IMG/VR virus record: IMGVR_UViG_3300008255_000197
Location: 1 to 44,237 of that record
Source of the DNA: a virus
Lineage: Duplodnaviria > Caudoviricetes
Reading direction: 5' to 3' (one strand)
DNA: 44,237 nt
The position numbers and the translations under genes were made by a program. The notes beneath the pieces were generated by a model. That model was given only the letters and a program-made list of their open reading frames with translations. It ran no database searches and was not told the DNA's origin. Within the stretch, counting starts at the first letter, position 1, and each line of letters starts with the position of its first letter. Shown piece after piece: positions 18,818-28,246 of the stretch.

Positions 18818-19827
18818 GGGACCTGCACCCGTCCCATCGTCAGACGATAATCGTCCGAGGTGAGCACCGCGTTAGGAAGCGGGGGAAACCACTGACACTC
18901 GCCCGTGGTCGCATTGAAACTCGTGAGAATTCGAGGCATGCCGACGTTACTGCCGTCCGTGTAATCGAGCGTCCACCCCGGGGCGATATCGTAGTTGTCG
19001 ATCAGCCCCGTGTCGATGAACGTCTGCCGAACAGGGCTACCGGGGATGGACGTGGCGTTGCCTGTGTACGGACCGGCCACCTGATTCCAGTCGAACTCCT
19101 GAGTGACTTGAACCTGCGCGGTGTGCAATCGGGGGGCGGCGATTTCCGACATTTGAAAAGAATCGTCCTGAAGCTGGCACAAGACGAAACGATCCAAGAA
19201 GGCGTCGTACAGATAGAACCCGGACATCTGGCCTTGAAGTCGCTTGAGGAAGTAGAATAGGCATGCCGACTGATACTTGTCCTGGGGCTTGCACTCCAGG
19301 GAGAAGACATCCTTGTTCTCGCTCCACCCCACCACCCTCTGCACGAGGCCCGAGCTGGACTCGAAGGTGGAGGAGGGGCGCAGGGAGCCCCGACTGAATG
19401 GATACGAGACTCGCACTCGGGGACGCCGGATGTAATACGATGGCAAGGCGGTGAACGTGATCGCTTCACTCTCGTTCCAGAAGAACCGCCCGCTGGCCCC
19501 CCAGTTGATGGACGTGATGAACCGCCGCTGGTTCGCGATGTTAGCCGGGGCGGTGAATACGACCTCCCAGCCCTCCGTGTAGTACGGAACCCAAGAAATC
19601 CCATTGTCCGTTCTCGGGGCCACAAGGGTTACATCATGGAGACCGTTGGCAGCGCCTGGCAGTGTGACGGAGGCGGACTTCAAGTACATCGTGTCTGCCG
19701 TCAACGTCCCCGACAACGGGAACCTGGAGAACGTCTTGCCAAAATGCCCCGCCGCCTCAGCAACCAACGACTCCACACTCGGGAAGGTGTTGTGAATCGT
19801 TTGATTGTAGGCGTATACCGTAGTCAT
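18814..19827 (-). CDS. distal tail protein (gpM/DUF2460-like) with extra beta modules
   Basis: Follows the tape measure; FESSSGLVQR..W and FLKRLQGQMSGFYLYD resemble the DUF2460/gpM core. Confidence 0.6.
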   Translation of the reverse strand: MTTVYAYNQTIHNTFPSVESLVAEAAGHFGKTFSRFPLSGTLTADTMYLKSASVTLPGAANGLHDVTLVAPRTDNGISWVPYYTEGWEVVFTAPANIANQRRFITSINWGASGRFFWNESEAITFTALPSYYIRRPRVRVSYPFSRGSLRPSSTFESSSGLVQRVVGWSENKDVFSLECKPQDKYQSACLFYFLKRLQGQMSGFYLYDAFLDRFVLCQLQDDSFQMSEIAAPRLHTAQVQVTQEFDWNQVAGPYTGNATSIPGSPVRQTFIDTGLIDNYDIAPGWTLDYTDGSNVGMPRILTSFNATTGECQWFPPLPNAVLTSDDYRLTMGRVQVP

Positions 19828-19838
19828 GGGAAGGCTCC

Positions 19839-19856
19839 AGTTACTTCGTGGTAATC
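19839..19856. repeat. dispersed palindrome copy 8 (AGTTACTTCGTGGTAATC)
   Basis: Overlaps the TGA of the DUF6527-like gene and abuts the GGAG RBS of 19827. Confidence 0.9.
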
Positions 19857-20172
19857 AGTGTGCCCAAGAGACGCAACCCAGAATGATCCAATATCGCGAG
19901 CGACAGCGACTTGGGCTTTCAATGGAGGGGGTTAGGGTGGGGCCAGAAGAACTCTGTATCATATGCCACCTGGCCACTGGAAATGGGGCGCCCTGGAGGG
20001 GGAGGGGGACGGGCATCCCGCAGCCGCAAGGGCAAAGATGAATGGATTGTGTTGGGTAACTGGCATCATATTGAACATACAAGACTGCTGGAAACAAGTG
20101 TTCAATGTTGTAAATATACGGAACTAGTTCCAAGCGCACAGTCACGCCACCCTTAGCCACCACCCGCCACAT
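19855..20172 (-). CDS. DUF6527-like small Cys/His protein (likely start GTG 20145 or 20139)
   Basis: PAVLYV..HLCPCGCG..VPLPL..W..PTLTPSI..CRSRYWI..VSWA matches the DUF6527 pattern as I recall it. Confidence 0.7.
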   Translation of the reverse strand: MWRVVAKGGVTVRLELVPYIYNIEHLFPAVLYVQYDASYPTQSIHLCPCGCGMPVPLPLQGAPFPVARWHMIQSSSGPTLTPSIESPSRCRSRYWIILGCVSWAH

Positions 20173-23100
20173 CTTGGATGGCTCGGCGCACGCCCTTATT
20201 CCTTTCCAGGTTTTGGAGGATCATGTTAGAGACGACGGTCTCGTCGAGAGACCCGTTGACTAGATGCCGCATGCCTTTGGGGTCCATGCTGTTCACGATC
20301 TTGATGTTCGGTGCGCCCTTTCTGATGGATTCCAGAGTCTCTGGGGAGAGGTGAACCACCTTGATGCCTTCCTGATTGGAGATGGCGCGGCGGGTCTCTG
20401 CGGATTCTCTTCTCGCCTCCTGCGCCTGCGACGCCTGAGCTTGACTTGCACTCTGGAAGACTTGGTTCGTGGTTGGATCTGGACCTAGAGTTGCTTGAGA
20501 CATGGTTTCCGGCTGCTGCCCGAACAAGCCGCCACTTGACCCGCCGACCGCAGCGCCCACCACAGAGTTGATAATGCTCCCTCCGAACGAATTCGACTCA
20601 TTACCCCCGCCGCCTCCCAAGCCACCAAACAACCCACCGATGACATCGTTGGCGAGGCTCTTGACGATGGTCTCCAGGATGGTATCCGCAATGGTGCGAA
20701 GGAGGTTCTTGAACACGTCTGCCAGACGAATCTGTTCTTCCTGCAACTCCTTCCGTTCCCGCTCCAGATCCACAATCTTGCGTTGGGCGTCAAGCTGCTT
20801 GGAAAGAGTCTCGGACGTGATACCGCCACGACGCGCCTCCGCGATAATCACTTGATCCAGCGTGGTGAGATAGGTTTGTTGCACCGCAATGTCTTGATCC
20901 AGCGCCTTGATCTCCGTGCGGTTCGGCGGGTTCATGGTATGCGTGAAGAAATCCTTGAGTCCGGAGGCCAGGCTATCTCGGCTACGAACCACTAAGTTCT
21001 GCGCCAGTTCCGCCGACAACTCCTTGCCGGTCTCCAGGTTCAAGAGAGCCGCTTGCATACTCGCCCCGAAAGCATCCGCCGCGCCCGCCGCCTCCAGCAA
21101 ACCGGAGGTGATTCTGGAGACTTCCTCCGAAGCCAACTGACGACGCGAGGAGATGGGCATGCTCTCATCGCTGATCAGTGCCCGCGCCACTTCGCTCTGC
21201 TTGATAGCGAGCGTTTGCTGATCCTTAAGAAGTTGTCGATTCGCCTGGACCTGAATCTGGGCGCTGTTGCGCGAATCGTCCGCCAACGCCCGCAAGATAT
21301 CGATCCTCTTCTCCAGAATCAGATTACCTTGTAGTAACTGGAGGTTGACCGCGACTTCGTTCTGCCGGATCTTCTCCTCCGTCCCGAACAAGTCGCGCAT
21401 GGTGGAGGCAATTTGATCCGGAGGTGCGTCTACGTCCACCATCTTGTTTATAGCGTCCCTCTGGGCGGTAGCTATAAGGCCAGTAGGAGCCCCCTCCGTG
21501 GCCTTGAGTCGCTTTATCCCCTCCAGGAGGAAGGGGATGGCTAGTCGGGTCGTCTCAACCTCGCGCATGGCCTCCTGGATGTTGAAGTCCGTGAGTTGGC
21601 GCATCGCCTCTTTTCGCTTGTCGATGGACAGGCCGTGCGCCTTGACGATTTCCTGGAGGTACGACTTCTCCGCAGAGAACAACTTCTCATTGGCGAGGGC
21701 CAGAACTTCTTCCTTGTCGGCGCCGAGCTTCTTGTAAAGATCCCCAGAAGCCGCGATCAACTTCTGGATGTCTTCCTTGATTTTCTGCGTAGGTGGGGCG
21801 AAGCCTTGGATGAGGGATTCAATCTCAGAGGGACCGCCGCCGCCACTCGAAGGTTTCTTGCCGTTCTTAAGAAGTTCTGCTCGCTCTCTATTGTCCTGGT
21901 CGCGAAGGTCTCGGTCCTTCTGTGCAGACCGAGACAAGCGGCGACCTGAGTTGGGTGCTGGCGGGACCAAGGGTGGCGCCAGATTCGGCTTAGACAGGGC
22001 GTTGGTTCGTTCACTAGTCTCTGGCACAACGCTGGGCGGGGCGGGAAGGAAAGCGGCCATGACTCCCATAAACCCGCCGAAATTAGCGATTGATCTATTC
22101 AAATTCCTAAACGCACCGTCAATCAAAACGATAGCCGATTCGGTCTTCTTGATGACGGCAACGCCCTTCGTTGCCATCTCTTCAACCCTATCCCGGATCG
22201 TATCTCCCTTGGCCCTGAGATCGTTAATCTCCGTATCTATTTCTTCTCGATCCGTCGCCAGCTCGGCCAGACGCTGACTGAGCTGATTGGTCTTGCCAAG
22301 ATTTTCTGGATCGTTGAGGCGGCTCTTCGTTTTGTTGTAGTCATCAGCAACTTCCCGCGTCTCCACAAACGAGTCGAATTTCTTCCGACTCAGATCCTCG
22401 ATTTTCTGATAGATATCAAGGAGTGCCTTGCCGTCTGCCGTGTTGAGTGCGAGTTGGACAAGGCTGGCATTTGTTGTGGACTCGGCCAACTGCTTCAAAC
22501 TTTCCGACTGAGCCTTTGATGCGTCCTCAAACCTATCGGGCGATTCTATAAGCTCCTTTTGCCGCACAATATCGGGATGGCTCACACCCACCCGGACCTC
22601 TTTCAACTCCTTTTCTTTAGCTACAAGAGCGGGGTCAGGAACAAAAGATTCTGCGGGCAGCGTCTTCCCCAGTTTGACAAGCGTCCTTTCTAGTTCTTCC
22701 GCACTCGACTTTAGTTGTGTCTCCAGCTCCGTTCGAGCGCCCTTTTCCTGTTTACGGGCCGTATGCAAGGGCGTCTTGAGAAGCGCCTCCACCGCCTTCT
22801 GAAACTCGGGAATGGCTTGCGACCCCCGCCCAAATCCGGCAGTCAAACCCTTGAGGGCTTCCGCATACTCTACCATGGGCTGCCGAGAGTTCTTGAAATC
22901 TTCCGCCAAAGTATCTACAAGATTTGACTGAACAAGAAGAGCGTTAGACCCCTGTGCCAGAGACTCCTCCATGCTGTCCTTTACGAACCCAAGTCTATCC
23001 GACTCAATGCCAGCACCAGTTGCCGATTGATTCTCCAGAAGAATCTTTCTATTCCGCGCACCCGTTCTGCTTGGGATTCCCTTAACAAGGCTTCTCCGTT

Positions 23101-26100
23101 CCTCTGCGGCAACAACAGTCAAAGCGCCCGCAGACTCTAGTTTATTTATTCGTTCGATAAGTTGATTCGATTGCTCAAACAACTTCTCAATATTTACCTT
23201 TCTTCGGCTACCCTCACCCAACTCTGCGGCAGGCACCTCCACAGACTGTTGCAAAAGCTCCGTTCTCTTCTCGGAGTTTTTGGCCCCACGGCGGGTTAAC
23301 GCTTCTTGCCGAAATTCTTTACTAGAATCTATAAACCCAGACAAAGCCAATTTATCCAGTAAAGACAGCCAGAAATCATCCCGCTTGTCGCGTAACTTAG
23401 TGACAAAATCAATCGCACCAGAGACTCCGGAGTCTTTGAAAAGATCCGATCCACCACGCACGAATGTTGGTGTGTCATCGCCCAGGGCTTCCGTCATCTT
23501 CTCCGAGACAAACCCTAATAGCAACGTCGCCGCCGCCGTTGCCGCAACCCCGAGGGCCACAGGAGGGACGAAGCTCGTCAGACCCGTCGTTACGCTACCG
23601 GCAGCCCCTGCCAGCAACGTCCCCGCGCCTGCCGCCGCCGTTTTGACGACTTGGGTATTAGACGCCGCCTGAACGGCAGCAAAGGCGGTAGCAACGGGAA
23701 TGGTATCGAGAAGAATCCCGCCCGCCGACGTGAGCCCGCTCTTCCCGAGTTCCGCCCCCCGCTCCAACAATCCCTTGGGACTGGTCGCCAGTTGTTTCGG
23801 ATCGCCGACAGACGCCCCAGACTTATCGGTGGACAAGGGGCGCAGGCCGATCTTCTCGAAACGAGCCGACCGCTCCGCGAGGGCCTTCTCCAGACGAGCG
23901 TCGGCTTCCGTCTGAACCTTTCGGAGATTCTCCAGGCGAGCGTCCACACGGGCTCGTGCCTCTTCGACGCGACTATCTCTTTGTGCCCTCTGCAACTGTG
24001 CAATCTGAGAATCTAGTCCCCGAATCTGCCGCTCCTTGTCCTCTCGAAGAAGCCCCGACAAGCGAGCCTCGCCCGCATCGATGTCCTTGACTAGACGGTC
24101 TTCTTCAGCCTTGTTACGCCGAAGCTGTTCCTTCAGCGTTCGCTCTTGTGCCGCCCGATTAGTAGCTGTACCCGCAGTGGTTACCTGAGCCAACAAAGGA
24201 TCAAGAATACGACCCGCCGTAGGATCAGCTAGCTTAGCCAATTCAATCTCTTCCGCCGCAACCTTCAACGCCTGAACTCGGGCCTTACCACGAGACCGCA
24301 ATGCCTTATCCAAAGCATTCTCCGCCGCGATCAATTGATCCCCAGCAAAGGCCCTGTCCGGGGCCTCGCCCGAAGATCGTGCCAAAGACTCCGTACGCTT
24401 CGATTCCGCCTTCTCAAGATTCGTTCGAGCCTGAGATACGCCCTGCCGCGCCAAAGCCAAACGCTGGTCCACGCTCTGAAGTCGCGACTCCGAGCCAATA
24501 GCGTCTAACTCTCGCTGAATCAGTGAACTTTCTGCGTTCAACTCGGCCAACTGTTTCTGCTTGGACCCACGAAGCAATGCCACCTGTTTCTTCTGTGCGT
24601 CCAGTTGGGCCATGTTGAGAGTTTTCAACTCCTCCTGTCCTGCCCGAAGAGTCTTCGCCAGCTCCTGACGGCCCGCCTGTGCCTCTGTCCCGCCCTTCAA
24701 GCCCCGGGCAGAAGACAGGAGCGAATCGACCGTACTTCTCAAAGGTCTGTCCGCCTTGATCCCCGACAGATCCTTCGTAAAGATGGAGATAGACTTCAGC
24801 CGCTCTCCACCCGGTTGAGACGCCGCCTCGGCCAGGATCTTGTTCGCCGCCTTGAGCTGATCCATCAATACCCTAGTAGTGTCAGCGGTAATCTGCTGCC
24901 CAGAAGTCTCTGCCATTTCCTTGGCCATGCGCGAAAGTTCATCCGAACCCTTCTCCAGCATGTTTCGTATTTTAGCAGAATCAGGGGCCGTCACATTCTT
25001 ACGCAGTGCTGCCTGCTCCTTCAGAATAGCGGCAGCGTCTTCGTAGACGCTCGACAACACCTTATCTCGGGCAACCTGAATCTCTACATTCAAGATGCCC
25101 TCACTTTCTGAACGGCGCCCGGTGCCGCCGAGAAGGGCTCTGCGTTGTCCCGAGGGCAAGTTTTGAATCGTCTCAAGAGTAGCGCCACCCGAGGTCTCTA
25201 GTAGGCTACGCGGCGTAACAACGGCACTGGATTCCGGCGCAACCCCCAATCGCTCCTTCTGCACCTGGAGCTTGTCCGCAAGCCGTCCGATAAGAGAATT
25301 GGTCCTATCACTAACCCCCGCACGAGCACGCTCCAACCGACCGGATTCTGTATCGAACCGCAACCGCTCTCGCGCAACTTCTAGATCCTGCTTAAGTACC
25401 GATGCCTTGGACCTAGCATGCTCGGCCTGCTCCTCCAGTAGCTTCACCTCGGGAGTAGATTCCGCCACGATAGAACTACGTCGAGCCCGAACCTCATCTC
25501 GACGCGCCGTGAGTTGCTCGCGACGTGCCGTATTTTCAACGAGACGCCCCCTTTCAGCTTCGATGTTGGCAAGGCGGCGCTCAGTAACATCCTTACGCTG
25601 TCGGGCCTGGGCCACCCCCTGATCCGCCCGAGAGGCGATAGCTAACTCCCGCCCTTGGATAAGCTGAGTCTTCTTGGAATACTCCTCAAAGGCAGTTACC
25701 GTCTTCGCCTTTAGCGAAGCGAGTTTCTGATCCGAAACAACTACGGCATTTGTAGCTGCCAGATTCTCTTTCAAAACTTGGCTGGACCGACGAAACTCGG
25801 AGAGCTTTTGCTGCGAAGACTCCACTCGTTGTGAAACTCGCACCGCTTCTGGCCCAACCTCCGAAATAACACGAGACCTCTCTGCACGAGCGGCCCTAAT
25901 ACCCTCGATAGCTCGCTCTCGCTCAAAATGTCGTGTTCTCAACGCCTCGCGACTGGCCTCCAGATCCGCAATGCGATTGGAAACCTTGGCGCGATTCTCG
26001 ACAGCCATGACCACCGACTCCGAACTCTTCGCCGCCTTCTCAACATTCCGCCCAAGTGTCTTCAATCCTGTCTCGTACTGCCGCCAAATCGGGTTCATCT

Positions 26101-27790
26101 CGCCTCGTGGCGTGCGGCTCATGGCGTCTCGTTGAGAGGCGACACCGCCGCGCATGAGACCGATAGCTTCTACGTCGGTAGCCGGGCCTGCCGCGCCCAC
26201 AGCTTGCGAGAGTACGGTGGCGGGAAGCGTCGTCGGGACATCGGGGCGCGTCAGCCCAGCTACCCGTGCGGCGGCATCAGCCGCCGCCTGACGCTCCTGG
26301 CGGGCCTTAAATGCGGCGCTCAGACGATTCCCGGCCATACCCACGACACCAAACCCTGCCGCCGCCACAGCCGAAGAAGCGAAGATACCTCCTGCCGCCG
26401 AAAGCAACGGATGCTCGGCAATAGTCGGCGCCACACTCGCCGCACCGGACGCTAAGTGGGCAGAGAGTTTGACGACTGCCGGAATCAACTCCCCCATATG
26501 CTTCGCAAGACTACTGACCACTTTCTGAATGTCTTGAAAGAACTCGACCGCTTCACTGCGGTTAGCGCGGAGGGAATCGAACAATTCGTTGATCTCTTCG
26601 CGCAAGAACTTCACGCCAGCGCCGATAGCCTGGATGACCCCCACCGGTCCAGACGAAACGCCAAACGCTTCCGAGAAGGCGGCGTTGATCTCCGTTCCGA
26701 ACTCACGCGCCACCACCAGCAAACCGGACATCTCGTTGGAAAGCGCCTGAACACCGGACTGGAAACCTTCCGTCTTCACGTCTCGGCTCAAGGCGTCGAT
26801 AACCTTGTTCAACTCTTGGACCAAGTTCTCGTAGAAGCCCGCATTGCCGATATCAATGCGGACGCCTTCCATCAGGTTCTCCAGGATTTTAACTCGCTTG
26901 GAGAACTGCTGATTGATCCGCTCCACCGTATCGTCACCGACGTTCACCTTCAAGAACGCTTCGAGGGCGTTCACAATGCCGGGGGCGCCAGTGTTTCTCA
27001 ATTGCTCGCGAGTCTTGCCGACGACACCGGCAATCAGATCCGGCGAGACTTCAAAGCGCCGCATCAGAGAGATGAAGTTACCCGTCAGGGCTTCTCTGAA
27101 GGCGAACACGGCGGAATCCAGGCCCAGGCTGGGGCGGAGGGTCAGCAGTCCCTGGATGATACCGACGATGCGCCGGACATTCCCCTCCAACTGCCCTGTC
27201 TCCTGAAGCATGTTTCTCAGTCCAGGAACCACGGAGACAGCCTTCATGATCTCGCCGATGTTCTGGATCGAGAGCGGCATCTCCGTGGACAGCTTGCGGA
27301 ACGTCCCAACGATGTCCTGCGTCAACTCTCGATTGCGGAAGAAACCCGTGAAGGTCGCCTCCAGATTCCGAACCGTCTCCGTACTTCGTGCCACCTCCCG
27401 GTTCAGCGAGATCACCTTATTGGAAACCAGCGACACCCCGGCAACCGACATTCGGAAGATAAATTGTGCGACGTTCAGGCCCAGACCCATCGTGTTCGTC
27501 AACGCTGTCACAGATCCGGTGATCACGTTGATACGACTGGCCAGTCGGTCGTAGTCTTGGGCGAACCCCTGGATGGGGGACCGCATGGAAGCCGCGAACC
27601 GCCTGCCCGTGAGATTGCCAAGCGCGTTCTCTAGTCGGGAGGCGGTTGCGGTGGCACCTGCGGAGGCGCCTTGATTGAGCTGGCCGACGGCCCGGGACGT
27701 TTCATGGGCCTTCTTGTTCAGCCGATCAAACAGGTCTGAAGCGCCGTCATCGCGGCCTACGGCTACGACTTCAAATTCGCTTCGGGCCAT
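20153..27790 (-). CDS. tape measure protein (2545 aa)
   Basis: Directly after the tail chaperone; helical Ala/Leu/Glu-rich; N-terminal tape-measure domain; Gly-rich GGLFGGLGGGG near the C-terminus. Confidence 0.9.
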   Translation of the reverse strand: MARSEFEVVAVGRDDGASDLFDRLNKKAHETSRAVGQLNQGASAGATATASRLENALGNLTGRRFAASMRSPIQGFAQDYDRLASRINVITGSVTALTNTMGLGLNVAQFIFRMSVAGVSLVSNKVISLNREVARSTETVRNLEATFTGFFRNRELTQDIVGTFRKLSTEMPLSIQNIGEIMKAVSVVPGLRNMLQETGQLEGNVRRIVGIIQGLLTLRPSLGLDSAVFAFREALTGNFISLMRRFEVSPDLIAGVVGKTREQLRNTGAPGIVNALEAFLKVNVGDDTVERINQQFSKRVKILENLMEGVRIDIGNAGFYENLVQELNKVIDALSRDVKTEGFQSGVQALSNEMSGLLVVAREFGTEINAAFSEAFGVSSGPVGVIQAIGAGVKFLREEINELFDSLRANRSEAVEFFQDIQKVVSSLAKHMGELIPAVVKLSAHLASGAASVAPTIAEHPLLSAAGGIFASSAVAAAGFGVVGMAGNRLSAAFKARQERQAAADAAARVAGLTRPDVPTTLPATVLSQAVGAAGPATDVEAIGLMRGGVASQRDAMSRTPRGEMNPIWRQYETGLKTLGRNVEKAAKSSESVVMAVENRAKVSNRIADLEASREALRTRHFERERAIEGIRAARAERSRVISEVGPEAVRVSQRVESSQQKLSEFRRSSQVLKENLAATNAVVVSDQKLASLKAKTVTAFEEYSKKTQLIQGRELAIASRADQGVAQARQRKDVTERRLANIEAERGRLVENTARREQLTARRDEVRARRSSIVAESTPEVKLLEEQAEHARSKASVLKQDLEVARERLRFDTESGRLERARAGVSDRTNSLIGRLADKLQVQKERLGVAPESSAVVTPRSLLETSGGATLETIQNLPSGQRRALLGGTGRRSESEGILNVEIQVARDKVLSSVYEDAAAILKEQAALRKNVTAPDSAKIRNMLEKGSDELSRMAKEMAETSGQQITADTTRVLMDQLKAANKILAEAASQPGGERLKSISIFTKDLSGIKADRPLRSTVDSLLSSARGLKGGTEAQAGRQELAKTLRAGQEELKTLNMAQLDAQKKQVALLRGSKQKQLAELNAESSLIQRELDAIGSESRLQSVDQRLALARQGVSQARTNLEKAESKRTESLARSSGEAPDRAFAGDQLIAAENALDKALRSRGKARVQALKVAAEEIELAKLADPTAGRILDPLLAQVTTAGTATNRAAQERTLKEQLRRNKAEEDRLVKDIDAGEARLSGLLREDKERQIRGLDSQIAQLQRAQRDSRVEEARARVDARLENLRKVQTEADARLEKALAERSARFEKIGLRPLSTDKSGASVGDPKQLATSPKGLLERGAELGKSGLTSAGGILLDTIPVATAFAAVQAASNTQVVKTAAAGAGTLLAGAAGSVTTGLTSFVPPVALGVAATAAATLLLGFVSEKMTEALGDDTPTFVRGGSDLFKDSGVSGAIDFVTKLRDKRDDFWLSLLDKLALSGFIDSSKEFRQEALTRRGAKNSEKRTELLQQSVEVPAAELGEGSRRKVNIEKLFEQSNQLIERINKLESAGALTVVAAEERRSLVKGIPSRTGARNRKILLENQSATGAGIESDRLGFVKDSMEESLAQGSNALLVQSNLVDTLAEDFKNSRQPMVEYAEALKGLTAGFGRGSQAIPEFQKAVEALLKTPLHTARKQEKGARTELETQLKSSAEELERTLVKLGKTLPAESFVPDPALVAKEKELKEVRVGVSHPDIVRQKELIESPDRFEDASKAQSESLKQLAESTTNASLVQLALNTADGKALLDIYQKIEDLSRKKFDSFVETREVADDYNKTKSRLNDPENLGKTNQLSQRLAELATDREEIDTEINDLRAKGDTIRDRVEEMATKGVAVIKKTESAIVLIDGAFRNLNRSIANFGGFMGVMAAFLPAPPSVVPETSERTNALSKPNLAPPLVPPAPNSGRRLSRSAQKDRDLRDQDNRERAELLKNGKKPSSGGGGPSEIESLIQGFAPPTQKIKEDIQKLIAASGDLYKKLGADKEEVLALANEKLFSAEKSYLQEIVKAHGLSIDKRKEAMRQLTDFNIQEAMREVETTRLAIPFLLEGIKRLKATEGAPTGLIATAQRDAINKMVDVDAPPDQIASTMRDLFGTEEKIRQNEVAVNLQLLQGNLILEKRIDILRALADDSRNSAQIQVQANRQLLKDQQTLAIKQSEVARALISDESMPISSRRQLASEEVSRITSGLLEAAGAADAFGASMQAALLNLETGKELSAELAQNLVVRSRDSLASGLKDFFTHTMNPPNRTEIKALDQDIAVQQTYLTTLDQVIIAEARRGGITSETLSKQLDAQRKIVDLERERKELQEEQIRLADVFKNLLRTIADTILETIVKSLANDVIGGLFGGLGGGGGNESNSFGGSIINSVVGAAVGGSSGGLFGQQPETMSQATLGPDPTTNQVFQSASQAQASQAQEARRESAETRRAISNQEGIKVVHLSPETLESIRKGAPNIKIVNSMDPKGMRHLVNGSLDETVVSNMILQNLERNKGVRRAIQDVAGGG
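21322..21339. repeat. dispersed palindrome copy 9 (GATTACCTTGTAGTAACT)
   Basis: Intragenic in the tape measure; identical to copy 6 including flanking GGA. Confidence 0.85.
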
Positions 27791-27796
27791 TTCGGC

Positions 27797-28246
27797 TTAC
27801 TCTCCCTGTTCGTCGGGAACTCCCGATAACCACGGCTCCAACTCATACTGGGTGGAGGCGGTCTCCTCGGGGCTTTCCGTTCCGGCTCTCTCGTGTTCTT
27901 GCTTCTCTCGAATTGCGGCGTGATAGAAATCGAAAAGGACATTCAACTTCTCGAACAACTCCGTGTCATCCGTCCGTCCGTATCGATCCAGATCCAACCA
28001 CACCGCCACATGGTTCAGCGCGATGGGCGTTCCCAGTTCTCCTGGGACCACCTGCCGACACACTGTCGGCCACATCTGCACCGCATCCTCGTTCTCGGGG
28101 AGCGGCTTAACTTGAGAGGTGACGACGGGGCACGCTCGGCATAGGCGCTTGGAGCGGGCGCCCGTCGCCTGCTCCTTCAGGCAGACTCCGCACTCGGGGA
28201 GTCCGAAGTCGGCGTTTCGCTTCGCCCATCGCTTGGCGAGTTTCCC
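27797..28246 (-). CDS. tail assembly chaperone, -1 frameshift extension (gpGT-like)
   Basis: The -1 frame from the slippery site reads GKLAKRWAKR..CGVC..CRACP..PLPENEDAVQMW..ALNHVAV and ends just before the tape measure. Confidence 0.75.
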   Translation of the reverse strand, partial: GKLAKRWAKRNADFGLPECGVCLKEQATGARSKRLCRACPVVTSQVKPLPENEDAVQMWPTVCRQVVPGELGTPIALNHVAVWLDLDRYGRTDDTELFEKLNVLFDFYHAAIREKQEHERAGTESPEETASTQYELEPWLSGVPDEQGE

